Part shown: piece after piece, positions 1-12,600 of the stretch
How the letters are laid out: every line of letters begins with the position of its first letter
How positions within the stretch are numbered: the first letter of the stretch is position 1
From: Malacoraja senta
Taxonomy: Eukaryota
Direction of reading: 5' to 3'
Assembly: GCA_038087875.1 (NCBI GenBank)
Contig: CM075979.1
Location: 85,994,001 to 86,058,000 of the forward strand
Length of the DNA: 64,000 nucleotides
Position numbers and translations under genes: made by a program
Notes under the pieces: model-generated
Database searches by the model: none
What the model saw: only the letters and a program-made list of their open reading frames with translations
Told to the model about the DNA's origin: nothing

Positions 1-511
1 TTCTGTGCTTTATATTACAAGTGTGTGTGTAAGGACAAATAAAAGTAATTTGTGGTATCCTATATAACTGAATATCCTACTGAGATTCTCGATGTAGGCT
101 CTAACGTTAGAATTGGCACATTGGTTCAATACCCAACAATAAGAGACAGATGGTAATAAACCAGCAGGCAATGATCTGGCTGATGAAGGGTCCCAATCTG
201 AAACTTCACTTATCAATGTCTTCCAGAGGTGCTGCCTGACCCACTGAGTTACTCCAGTACTTTGTGATTTTTTTTGTTGTAAATCAGTATCTAGAGTTCC
301 TTGTGTCTGCAGACAATAATCTTACTCTGTTAAAAGTTGCATCAGATTTTCATTTCCATTGAGATATTGGCTAAAGGAATTGGATGGGTGTAGTTTGACT
401 ACCAAGTCTATGTCAGCTGGTTTGTCCTTTGCACCAAAGTAGAAAAAATGTCTTTAGGAGAAGATTGAAGGGAAAATCTTATTCAGATGACTAATAACTT
501 CTGTACAATAG

Positions 512-618
512 GTTGAAGATAGAGTGTTTGAAGATTTCTGCGTCAAGATAGGTGTAGCAAATATCCGTGAATATGAGGACGAACATGTGAAGCAATTAGA
601 AGAAATTGCTCAGAAAAG
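512..618 (+). CDS. SMC1B: SMC1B exon (107 nt) [35 protein letters not shown]
   Basis: AG 510-511, GT 619-620; matches SMC1 VEDEVFEEFC..IGVRNIREFEEE; ends phase 2. Confidence 0.92.
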
Positions 619-3600
619 GTCTGACTAATTTTCATCTGATTTTCATCTGTGTACATTTTACAATACCGATGATCAGTCTGGTTTATTTTAGAAGCCAATA
701 ATCTTGCATAGGGCAGATTAATGCTTTAGTTTTTAAACTATATTGAAAACATCCTCGACTATTTTGCAGGTCTGAGTTTGAGAACCAAAAAACACGGTTG
801 GCAATTCAGCTAGACTACTTGTATGATCAGATTAAAGAGGATATCAAAAAAATTCATAAATGGAAGGAAGCTATTGAAAAAGACGAAAAAGAAATAGTGA
901 AGTTAAAGAAGGTAATGAACAGCTAATTTATTCAGAAACTAGAATGGAAGTATATTCATTAACTCTTTGACTATTTGATGTACATCATTACTTAAAATCT
1001 GTTTTGAGGAAGTATTTCATTTCCTATCAGAAGTAAAATTTATTGTAATCCCAGTATATTATGTAGACCATCAGAAATTGTAATTGTTTTTCCATTAATT
1101 GAGGCACAATTTTACTTCCTTAGTTTACACAAAGCAATGGATTATATTTCTATTTTGCTATGTTACCAATTATAAGTGATTTTTTTTGTATTTGTACTAA
1201 ACCAGTATTGTTAGGACAGTTTTGAAAAACGGCAATTTAATTGTAGGCATGTATTGCAAGCTTTACAAAATAGGGCTGGCTTATTCCCTTGTTGACAATG
1301 CACTGTCTTTGCTTCAGCATATGCCAGTCTATTGATTTATTGCAAGATTAACCAGTGTCTGGGCTTTAACCTTGGTCACTAACAAAAGGATTAATATTTT
1401 AAATAATTTAAACAAATAATACTGTTAAATTGGGGGGAACAAGATAGTTTGTTTATTTTGTAATCCTTTTGTATGTGCCAAGCTAACTGAAACAATCTAA
1501 ATGCTAAGATCCTATCACAAACATGTAGAAATAGTAGACTAGAGTTGGGGCAATCTCAGGCTTTTTGTTCAAGCAGTTTTTCTTCAGGCAGTACAGTATC
1601 TTAATTTTTTTTTTTTTAATGCAGTTCAAGATATTTTGCATTTATGATGACTGAATTTAATTTGCCGTAGCTTTGCCCATTTACAAGTTTGGTTAATGTA
1701 ATTGTTTCAGTAATACATGGAAGTCAAAATAAAATCTATGATGAAGAGCAGAAAAGGGGTGAATATAGCATAGAGTTTGTTAATTGAAGATGCACATTAC
1801 AATTTCATAACCAAGTTTGGAGGCCCATGAGGGTGGTGATGTTGTAGCAAGGGAAACAAATGTCGGGAAGGGAGCATGGTTGAAGTGGTTACGGTGAGGG
1901 CAGAAGAATTAGAAGTTTGAGAGGGAAAAGCAAAACCAATGAAGAATATCTGAATAGGATTGAACATAGACAATTTAGTGGCATTAGTGAAACTCACAAT
2001 CAATGAAAGAAAGAAAAATTCAAATGGAAGTTAAATTTGAAAAGGGAAGGGTGTAATCTGAAGGAAAACAAGGGTATTAATTAAATAGGGATAGATTGGG
2101 AAATGCTGATGTGCATGTTCTTTTACAATAGTCACTGAAAGCAAACAGGCCATTAGGGAAGTAAATTATATGCTTGCCTTCACTACAAAAGTATTGAACA
2201 CAAGAGCAAGGATCTCATTCCAGTAATACAGGGCCTTGGTGAGAACATACCTGTGGTATTTTGTGCAATTTAGAGATTGGCCAATCTCCACGGGTTTAAA
2301 AACAATGCATTGACTTTGTCCATGATCACAATACTGGAGCTTTCCAGCTTTATATCTTTACCTTGAATACTTTGGCTGACATTAAAAAAAAAAAATTGGT
2401 ATATGAGTGAAAACCTACATTACTTTCTGGGTTTATGGCTTTTCTTATGCACATTGATTTCCAGATGATACTTCCGTTCATGTATTCCTCGTGAATGTAA
2501 ATTTGCCAGCTGATGCAAACTGCTGTTTTTGTGTTGTAATTCACAGGAGGAGTTGCAGTTAATGAAAATTGTAGATGAAATCATGACGATACAGCAGAAT
2601 CTCACTAACAAGCTTTTAATTAAAAAGTCACAAGCCCAGGATATGCAAAAGGAAGTTGATGAAGCCAGGAAGAAAGTATCAAATGCTGACAGGTACATTG
2701 TATGCAATTTATCACGGTAGCAGCATTTTGTTTTGAATAACCAAACTGCTACATCAGTGCTCAACATGTAATTTATAGTCAAAGCATAATTTCTCTTTTT
2801 CATCTTTATTAATTTAATAAATATGATGTATTGCTTATTAGAGTAGTCATTAATAGTTTGGTTGAATATTTTTTTTAAATCATTCAATACAAAAAAAAAA
2901 CTCCCACGTAATAAATTATTTAAGAATGTTAACATTCATTCCTTTTGTAAGTACCCTTCCATTATTTTATTTGTCACATCAACCCTGTGTATCAAAAGGC
3001 CTACAGATCTCAAGCCCTGCAGCGCCATATCCTTGTGCCTTAAAATACATGGCTGCAAAACAATGTGGGTGCATTGGTTGTAATCTTTCAAAATTCCCTA
3101 GATTCTGGAAAGCTCCTGGGGATTGGAAATCTGCAAATATAGCAGCCTTAAAAGAGAACATAGATAAAAAGCAAGTTAGGCTAAAAAGCAAGCCACTCAG
3201 CCTAACTAACATCTTTTTGTTGGGAAAGTAATTAAATATGTTAAAGAAATATGAAGCAGACTTTAAAAGCCAGTATAATTTTCCTGAGTTTGCAGGGGGT
3301 TGTAAAAAGGAAATAAATGAAAGCTTTATTAGAGATAAAGGGAAGCTCATAAATAATAGTGTTTTAGATATCCAAAATAGATTTTATAAAATACCAAATG
3401 AAAAGTTAATTTGTATGAATAGCTCTTGCCATTGCATGTAATATATTAGCACGGATAGAGGATTGGTTAACCAGCAGAAAAAAAGAGTATGGATAAATTG
3501 ATCATTTCTAGGTTGGGAGGCTGTGGTTAACAGGATAACAAATGATCATTACTGGAGCCTCAAATGTTTACAAATAGTATGTGGACAAATGATAGTCACA

Positions 3601-6600
3601 CTTGTGAGGGATGGACAATAAATCCAGGATTAACAATATTGCCCAAATCACCCCCCCCCCCCCCCAACTTTGGATTTGAAGATAAGAATTACATAGGTGA
3701 GACAATATCTGGAATGTTATTTACAGTTCTTGCCTGAAGTAATATATATTTGTGACGGGCGGTGTGCAACAAAAGGTTACCAGATTGATTTCTGGAATGA
3801 CTGGCTTGTTGTGTGAACAGAGTCTAAAAAGACTGGGCCTAAGTTAGAAGATCAAGAGGTTATCTCACTGAAATATACACAATTCTCACTGGGTTTGAAA
3901 TCAAAGATAGATGTGCCGTTGTATTCACACACAATTGCCAAAGACTGCAAACTAAAAAAGGAAACAAAAACATCACATCATGCTTTTTATCTCTAGAGAG
4001 CTAACAAAGCTTCAGAAAGAATATGTTTCTGTGGAAACCTCTATAGAACAAAAAAGGTTGGAGCGACACAATCTTCTGTTAGCCTGTAAAGTCCAAGATA
4101 TACAGATTGAACTACTCCAAGGCAAACTGGAAGAAATTAGTGAGGTAAATATAAGAAATCTATTTTCTTGTTACTTTTTCCAGAGTGTCTGTGAATGGTT
4201 AGATTACTAAAGAGGTAAATAAATGCAGAGGAGAGCTGTGGCTTCCCTCACCTTGTCACAGAGTGCTATTCAGGGGAAATAAAACTCAGATATGTTAAAT
4301 CCTTGATTACATTGTTGGTATGTGGGAATTAGAGACAGTTGTGTAACAAATTCACAGCATAGGTTTACCCACCATTTTGAAGGCCAATGACCACTACATA
4401 TGACTCCCTGAGATTGTCTATATCTATCTATCTATATAATTAAAACTCAAATCTTGACCACTTCCTGTTTGCACTGTATATTGATTTTGGAAAAAATGCT
4501 ACCACTTACAGCTGTGATATTTGGCCATCTTACTCAGAGTCCCCCTCCGCTGCGCAGGACAAGAGGGTTTTTCCCATCGATGAAAAATAAAAGACTTATT
4601 AATGTTTAAAAAATGTTGAGATATTCTCTCCTGTCAATCATGCCACGAAGGCCACGCCCCTTCTGGTGAGGGGGAGGGACTATAAAACCCAGAAGTGTGG
4701 ACTGCCTCAGTCTTTGCAAGATGGGGGAGCGAGAGGTCACGACTCAGTCTGAGCTGTGAATAACACTGAACACATGTCTACTAAACTGTGAGTGTGGTTT
4801 TACTGACCTGTCAGTGCCCTTAATGTGGTTTGAAAATGTAGTTTGAAAATGCAAAAGTGGCGTTTTGGTTTGAAAATGCAAAAGTGGTTTTGGTTTGAAA
4901 ATGCGAAAGTGGTGTTGGTTTGAAAATGCGAAAGTGGTGTTGGTTTGAAAATGCGAAAGTGGTGTTGGTTTGAAAATGCGAAAGTGTTGGTTTGAAAATG
5001 CAAACGTGTTGGTTTGAAAATGAGAAAGTGTTGTTGGTTTGAAAATGCAAAAGTGGTGTTGGTTTGAAAATGCAAAAGTGGTGTTGGTTTGAAAATGCAA
5101 AAGTGGTGTTGGTTTGAAAATGCAAAAGTGGTGTTGGTTTGAAAATGCAAAAGTGGTGTTGGTTTGAAAATGCAAAAGTGGTATTGATTTGAAAATGCAA
5201 AAGTGGTGTGCCTTATTGAAAAGTGGTGTGCCTTCTATATAATTAAAAGTCTAATCTTGACCACTTCCTGTTTGTGCTATATATTGATTTTAGAAAAAAC
5301 ACTACCACGTATGACTGATTTTTGGCCATCTTACTCCGCTCATCAGGTGCCGAGGATTTTTCCCATCGATGAAAAATAAGAGTTATTACAATTTAAAATA
5401 TGTTGAGATTCTCTCTCCTGTCGATCACGCCATGAAGGCCACGCCCCTTCCGGTGGGAGGGGGGAAGGGACCATAAACCCGGAAGTGTGGGCGTGGCTCA
5501 GTCTCTGCAAGATGGGGGAGAGAGAGGTCACGACTGTCTTTGGTGGCCTTGCACCCTGCTTGAAATGGTATGAAACTGCATTTGAATTTGGTGGCCTTGC
5601 ACCCTGCTTGAAATGGTATGAAACTGCACTTGAATTTGGTGGCCTTGCACCCTGCTTGAAATGGAATTTCAAGGAATAGCCGTGAGTAAACTGCCAGCCC
5701 ACCAGCCGTGAGTGAGTGAGCTGCCAGCACATCAGGCTTGAGTGACTGAGCTGCCAGCCCAAGAATCCATTTGGCCCACAATGTCCATACTAGCCCTCTG
5801 GAAACCAGTCCCTTCAGCCCACAACACCCATACTAGCACTCCAGTAAACCCCCAACACCCCCCCCCCCCTCCGGCACCAATATTGGAATAGGAGAGGTGG
5901 AATATTGCGTCGGGGTACCAGCCCTCCCGTGTGATGCTGGAACCCAACGGGTCCCACTTGGTCTAGTATTATTATAAAACTCTGATCTTGGGTGTTTATG
6001 TCGTCCATATTTACTTGTGTGTTTCATTGTGTTTCACATGTCCTCGAAAACCCGATGCACTAACGGTGACATTTTTACATATTCCGGTAGAGATTTATCT
6101 CAAGTCAAAAATCGCCCCATCTGAAAATGTGATTCATTATTTCCTGAGTTTTTTACTAAAATTGTTCACCAATCTTTTTTGAAGTTAATGAGCTGATGAC
6201 GTCACAATGGCTCTGCTCCTCGAGGCCAGCTGCGAAGTTTTCAACGCGCAGCCTGCTGCCCAGTTTTGCACGAGCTGCGAGTTACGTAACCCCCCCCCCC
6301 GCGCGTAACTCGCACTCGGCCGGCCCCCCCGCCCTGTAGCTCCCCCCCAGGGCTCTGGATTGAAGCCGTTTGACCGTCCTCAGCCTGCTCGCCCCGCGCC
6401 CCGCAGCCGTTCACTCGCAGCCTGCTCGCCCGCCCAGCTCCCCTCTTCCTCTCCCTCCCCCCCTCCTCTCTGCACCCCCTACCGTCCCTCCCCCTCCCTT
6501 TACCCACCTCTCCCCCGTGTGTGAGTGACGCCGCAGGTCGCCTCATCCCCCCCCCCCCGCAAGCGTTGAGGGGACGGGTCCCCCTTGGTCTAGTATTTCT

Positions 6601-9600
6601 ATAAAACCCATTGGTGTTGCGATTTTCTATGCGTGAAATCCTGGCTCCCCTCTTTCTCTCTCCCCCCTCGTCTCTTTCCCCCATCCTCTCTCTGCCCCCC
6701 TACCCTCCCTCCCCCTCCCTTTACCCACCTCTCCCGCTACTCCCCCCTCCCCCCTGTGTGTGAGTGACGCCGCAGGTCGCCCCATCCCCCCCCCCCCCCG
6801 GCAAGCGTTGAGGGGACAGGTCCCCCTTGGTCTAGTATTTCTATAAAACCATCGGTGTTGCGATTTTCTATGCGTGAAATCCTGTTTCCCATTAAACCCC
6901 TTGTCATAAATGGAGGTGTGTTCCTATGAGATGTTTTTCTCTCAACAATAATATTAGTACCACTACTTCTGGTTCACCCGGACAGAGGGGAGGGGGGGGG
7001 GGGGGTTTGGTGGGGGGGATAGTTAGAGATTGTCTTGTTACTTTCCAAAGCAAATCTTTGAAGTGATCATCAGCTACATTCGGATACACAAGTCACTGCA
7101 GATGCTTATCACTCTCTGGCCTTCAGTTTAAACGAAGACACACTTAAACACTTATCAAAACCACAGTGTTTAAGAAGGAACTGCAGAGGCTGGAAAATCG
7201 AAGGTAGTCAAAAGTGCTGGAGAAACTCAGCGGGTGCAGCAGCATCTATGGAGCGTCAAAACCACAGGTTCTGTTTCATGCAACCTGAGGATAAATGATA
7301 TAATAACATGGGATATTCTTGAGGGGGAATGGGGTGGAATTGCTAGATACAAAAATCAACAGACGGTGCTACCAGCAGACACTGCCTTAAAATCGGATAA
7401 AAGCGAGACAGGATCTCGCAGAGGGGTCATTTTGAGAGTAGTTGTGTTTACATTTCAAATGCAGTTTGAGTAGCAAGTGCTGAGACTTTGTCTTAGTTTT
7501 GGCAAGAATGCTGAGTAGTGAAAGAAAGTAAGATAAGGCAATGTCTTCTCTTTAGCTTTCTTGTAGTCAGGTGGGAAGTATGCCCAGATGCAGATCCTAA
7601 TTGACTGCATTGGGTGGTCGGAGCTGTAGTTGGACTCACTCAGGAGAGAGCATCGCAGATAAGAGTTTTAGTGGGGTTGGTGTGATTGCTGTAAAAATAT
7701 TTGTTTAGTAATTATTCTTTTATTGCAGGTTGGAACAGAAGTTGAAAGCACACAAGCAACAGTGGATGTCTTTGAATTGGAAGCTGGTTTTGAAATAGAC
7801 TATAGCAGTTTACCAACAGATCTGAAAGTAAGGAATATAATTATACAATCATTGAAGATACTGTGGGAGAAATTATTAGAAACATAGAAAATAGGTGCAG
7901 GAGTAGGCCATTCAGCCCTTCTGATCATCCAAAATCAGTACCCCGTTCCTGCTTTCTCCCCATATCCCTTAATTTTGTTAGCTCCAAGAGCTATATCTAA
8001 CTCTCTCTTGAAAACATCCAGTGAATTGCTTTCCGCTGCCTTCTGTGGCAGAGAATACAACATATTCACAACACTCTGGGTGAAAAAGTTTTTCCTCATC
8101 TCAGTCTTAAATGGCCTACCCCTTATTCTTAAACTGTGACCCCTGGTTCTGGACTCCTCCAACATTGGGAACATTTTTCCTGCATCTAGCCTGTCCAATT
8201 CCTTACAAATTTTATATGTTTCTATAAGACCCCTTCTCATCCTTCTAAATTCCAGTGAATATAAGCCCAGCCGATCCATTCATTCATCATATGTCAGTCC
8301 CGCCATCCAGGGAATTAACCTGTTGAACCTACGCTGCACTCCCTCAATAGCAATAATGTCCTTCCTCAAATTAGGAGACCAAAACTGCACACAATACTCC
8401 AAGTGAGGTCTCACCTGGGCCCTGTACAACTGCAGTAGGACCTCCTTGCTTCTATACTCAAATCCTCTCGTTATGAAGGCCAACATGCCATTTGCTTTCT
8501 TCGCTGCCTGCTGTACCTGCAGGCTACTCAGTGACTGATGTACAAGGACATCCAAGTTTTGTTGCACCTCCCCTTTTCCTAATCTAACACCATTCAGATA
8601 ATACTCTGCCTTGTTCTTAATCTGCCTTCTTGTTTGGCGATACACAATTTTCATTCTATGATGAGAGAAATATTTTTCCAGTGAGGCTGATTAGATAAGG
8701 ATTGAGATTATGACAGAGTTAGCTGAAGTCTTGGTAGACATGTCATGGCTGAGTTGGTCAATGGTCAACTTTAAATTCAAAATCTATCTGTTACTAATAT
8801 ATATCACATTCTATAATAGATTAAATGTATTTATTCAGCACAAAACAAGATGCACTCTCATTGTTAAATATGTAACATACTGGTATTTTTGGTGAGGAAA
8901 TTCATGGACAATTATATTAAAATACTGAGTTGCACATTCAATTTATACTTTTTGTTCTCTCTCCGTTCCGATAAATAGAAACGGATCCAAAACAAGACCA
9001 GATTCCCTGTTCTACGGGCTGCAAAAGTTGTGTTTTAAAACTGAGCAGTTACAAATGAAACACTATTCACGTTAAATCTAAATACCTCGTCTGCAAGGCA
9101 ATAGATCGTCAAATAAGACATTTTTGTTACAATGTAATAATAATTTATAATTATGCTTTTTCTGAGGGCACCCAATTCAGTTTTTCAGATATTAGTTAAG
9201 GGATCCTGAATGTTGAAAAGACAATAATTTGTGGAAGACTTGTAATATTCCAAATTTCTACTTATCCTTCTAGTTGGATGTTAACAGCAATGCAACTGTT
9301 TATTAAATGTTGCTAAATAACTTGGCATATCTTTTCTTTTCACTAGGGCCTTACATCCTTTAAAGAAACTGAAATAGAGGAAAATAGATTAAATAAGCTC
9401 TTGGAAGAGAAGGAAACATTTTTACACAGAACAACTGCACCAAATATGAGAGCAGTTGAAAAGCTGCAAAATGTGTGGGATAAGTTTCAAGATTCAGTCC
9501 ACGGTAGGTTCAGAACAATTGATTTGCGAAAGGGAACCTTTATTGCCTTATTTAATAGGAAACATTGCTAACTTGGTAGACATTTTATATAGGGCTTCTG

Positions 9601-12600
9601 ATGTGGGATGATTTAATGAAATCAGATTTCTGACAGTCATAACGTGGAAGGAGGCCATTCAGACAGTTGAATTTGCACAGGTTCTAGGTAAGAGCAATCC
9701 AGCTGAGACCTGCAAATTCTTTATCTTCAGATATTCATCCAGCTCCCATTTGAACATTACAGTTGAATCTGCTATTGTTATTATTTCTGACAGTGCATTC
9801 CGGACTCGCTGTAGAAAAAACAAAATCCTGTATTACTCTTGGTTATTTTGCTAGTCATCTTCATTCTGTGACTACTAGTTCTTGACCAATCTGCCAGTGG
9901 GAACAGTTTCTCTGTATCTACTCTTTCCAGATCCTTCATGATTATTAAATAACTATCAGATCCTCTTGCATCCTCCACTATCCAACCCCAGTTCCTTTAG
10001 TCATATAAGACTAGAGCATAAGACAGTAAGAAATTGAAAGGTTGCAAATGTACCCCAGTCCATCACACAGACCAGTCTCCCTAGCAATGACTCCCAAGTA
10101 TCATAGAAAGTACAACCATTTGCCTACCATATCACAATACAATCCCATTTACCCGCATTAGGTTCATGGCCTACTATACTTGGCTATTCAAGTGCCTGCC
10201 AAAATGCTTCTTAAACATTGTGATTGTATTTGCCTCTACCCCATCCTCTGGCAGCATGTTCCAGGAATCATCTATACGCTGTACTTAAAATAATTTCTCT
10301 CTGATCTCCTTTAATTGTGGGAAGCTGGTGTGGAGAGGATAAAATCATGTTGTGCAAACAGCCTTGGACCTGAAATGTTTACTATGTTTTTTTTCCCCCA
10401 CAGACACTGCTAAATCTCTTGAGTGTCCAGCATTTTCTGTTTATAGCTCAGATTTCCAGCTTCTACTGTCTTTTTGATTTTCATTTACTGTTTTAATGCA
10501 GTGTCCCTGATTTGAAATGGCTGTAAATAAGTGTAACCAAAATCATCAGATAGCTTATAATTTTTCTGGTATGTTGCAGTCTCATTTTGTTTCTATCTTG
10601 TTATCTTCTTTTGTTAGCATTTGAATTAAGTAGAAAGAAAGCTAGGATCTGCAGACAGGAGTTTGAACATGTCAAAAAGAGGAGATACGATTTGTTTAAT
10701 CACTGTTTTGAGCATGTCTCAGTGAAAATTGATCAGATCTACAAGATGATGTGTCAGAATAGCAGTGCTCAGGTAAGCAGTATTTCAAAACAGTTTTTAA
10801 ATCATGATCTTTGTCTAACAAATCAAACATCTGGAAAAAAATAATGTTTGTTTCACGGTGTTTCATAAACACATAGGTAGGAATAGGAGTAAATCGTGAG
10901 GCTGTTCAGGGCTGCTCTGCCATACATCAAGTTCCCCTCTGACCTTCTACCACAGTGCCCTTTTCTTGCACTATCCACATTTCATTTGATTTCTTTGTAT
11001 CCAGAAATGTCTAGATCTCTGTTTTGACTGAACTCAGTGACTGAGCCTCCACAGACGTCTGAGTTAAAGATTTCCAAACATTTACCACCCTGCATAATTT
11101 TTCATCTAATTTCTAAAAGGCTTATTTTGATTCTGCAGACTCTGCTATTTGGGTCCTCTGCAGGGAGAAATGTTATCCCTATATCCATATTGTCTCTTGT
11201 GTAACATCCAATTCACACCCCAAGTCCCTAATTTCTCGCTTTCCATTTCACTCCTGTTCTCTACTTATCTGGCTGTTTTGATTCTTGTCACTTGCTCCAC
11301 TCATGTGCCAATCCAACCCCCAAATGTATATCCACCTAACACTTGCCAGGCTTTGTCCTATCCCCACCTCTCTTTTTCAGCTTTCTCTCCCCCCCCCCCC
11401 CCCCACAGTATAATCATTGCAAAGAATGGTCTCGGCCCAAAACGTTGCCCGTCCACTCTCTCCACAGATGCTGCCCGAACCACCAAATTCCTCTTATTCT
11501 TTATTTTGCTTAACATTTCAGTATCTGCAATTTCTTGTATGTCCACAATTATTGCTGTTTGGCCATAAAACGTATTGATAAAGGCTGCTGGATGGAGTTC
11601 TGGTCTGGCAGGTAACTGTGCTTTGGAGGTAATCTCCAAGAGCCTAGAATCAACATACTCCCCATCTCTACAACTATAATAAGTTCAAGAAAAACCCTGT
11701 TAATTGTCAGCGTTTCATCACAACATCTGAAACTCCAACAATCTTACAATGAAAATCAAACAAAAGTTGATTAACTTCAATTAGTCACAAAATCTGAAAG
11801 TTGTAAGGATTCCTTTGCATTCCTGCTGGTGAACATGTTTCCTGTGCATTCATAACACTTGACCTAGTTGGATCATCCCAGCCCAACTTGGAGTCGACAT
11901 CAATGAACATTGCATGAGAATGGATATTACAATCTGCCTACTTAACTACTCCAGTGTGTGCACAATTTACATACTTTCAATAAGTAATACGAATTGTACT
12001 AAAAATAAGAACTTGCAGTTCATGAGTGAAATTGGAAATGTGCTAGGGAGGACTAATTTGTGGCTGTGTTTCAAGCAAGCAGCTGTGAGCAACTTTCATT
12101 TGGCAGAAACCGTGTACAATTTTCTCTTTGAGGAAAATTCAAAAAGGGCAGCTTATTACAATTACAACATTTAGTGTTTATCAATGCAATATCTCAGGCA
12201 ACAAATGGTTAGGTGCATTTCAAACCAAAGGCTTTAAATTGATTTTTGGTTTTCACATTATGTGAATAACATGATTTTTGCTGGGACCTGCCTACACGGC
12301 TGTGGTCTCTTCTGTATGTTCATTATTCCCCTTTCTAGTCAATAATGTTTAATTGCCATATGCATCAGTAACAGACCAATGAATTTCTTACTTGATGTAG
12401 TATAGGCACATTGAAGCAACACAAGAAGTAAATAAACAATATTCAATAATGCAAATTATCAGTAATATTAGGTAACCAGACCATAATAGTGTAAGCCAAA
12501 GTACATAAGGCAACTTACATAAAGTTCATAGTAGTTTTGTGCTGAGGTAGAATTATGCAGTGTGGTTCAAGAGTTGATGTTCTTGTACCTGGAGGTATTG

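Larger units (their letters stand above)
4431..5966 (+). mobile_element. Non-autonomous Helitron composite (two family-A heads, at 4431 and 5234)
   Basis: A|TCTATATAAT 5' end; 3' hairpin GGAACCC-AAC-GGGTCCC (5939-5955) then CTAG|T (5963-5966); no TSD. Confidence 0.75.

Noticed and set aside
4826-5207. 25-bp array as a CRISPR array or a repeat protein
   Set aside because: No unique spacers, no cas genes, eukaryotic context; the ORFs are by-products of a stop-free unit.
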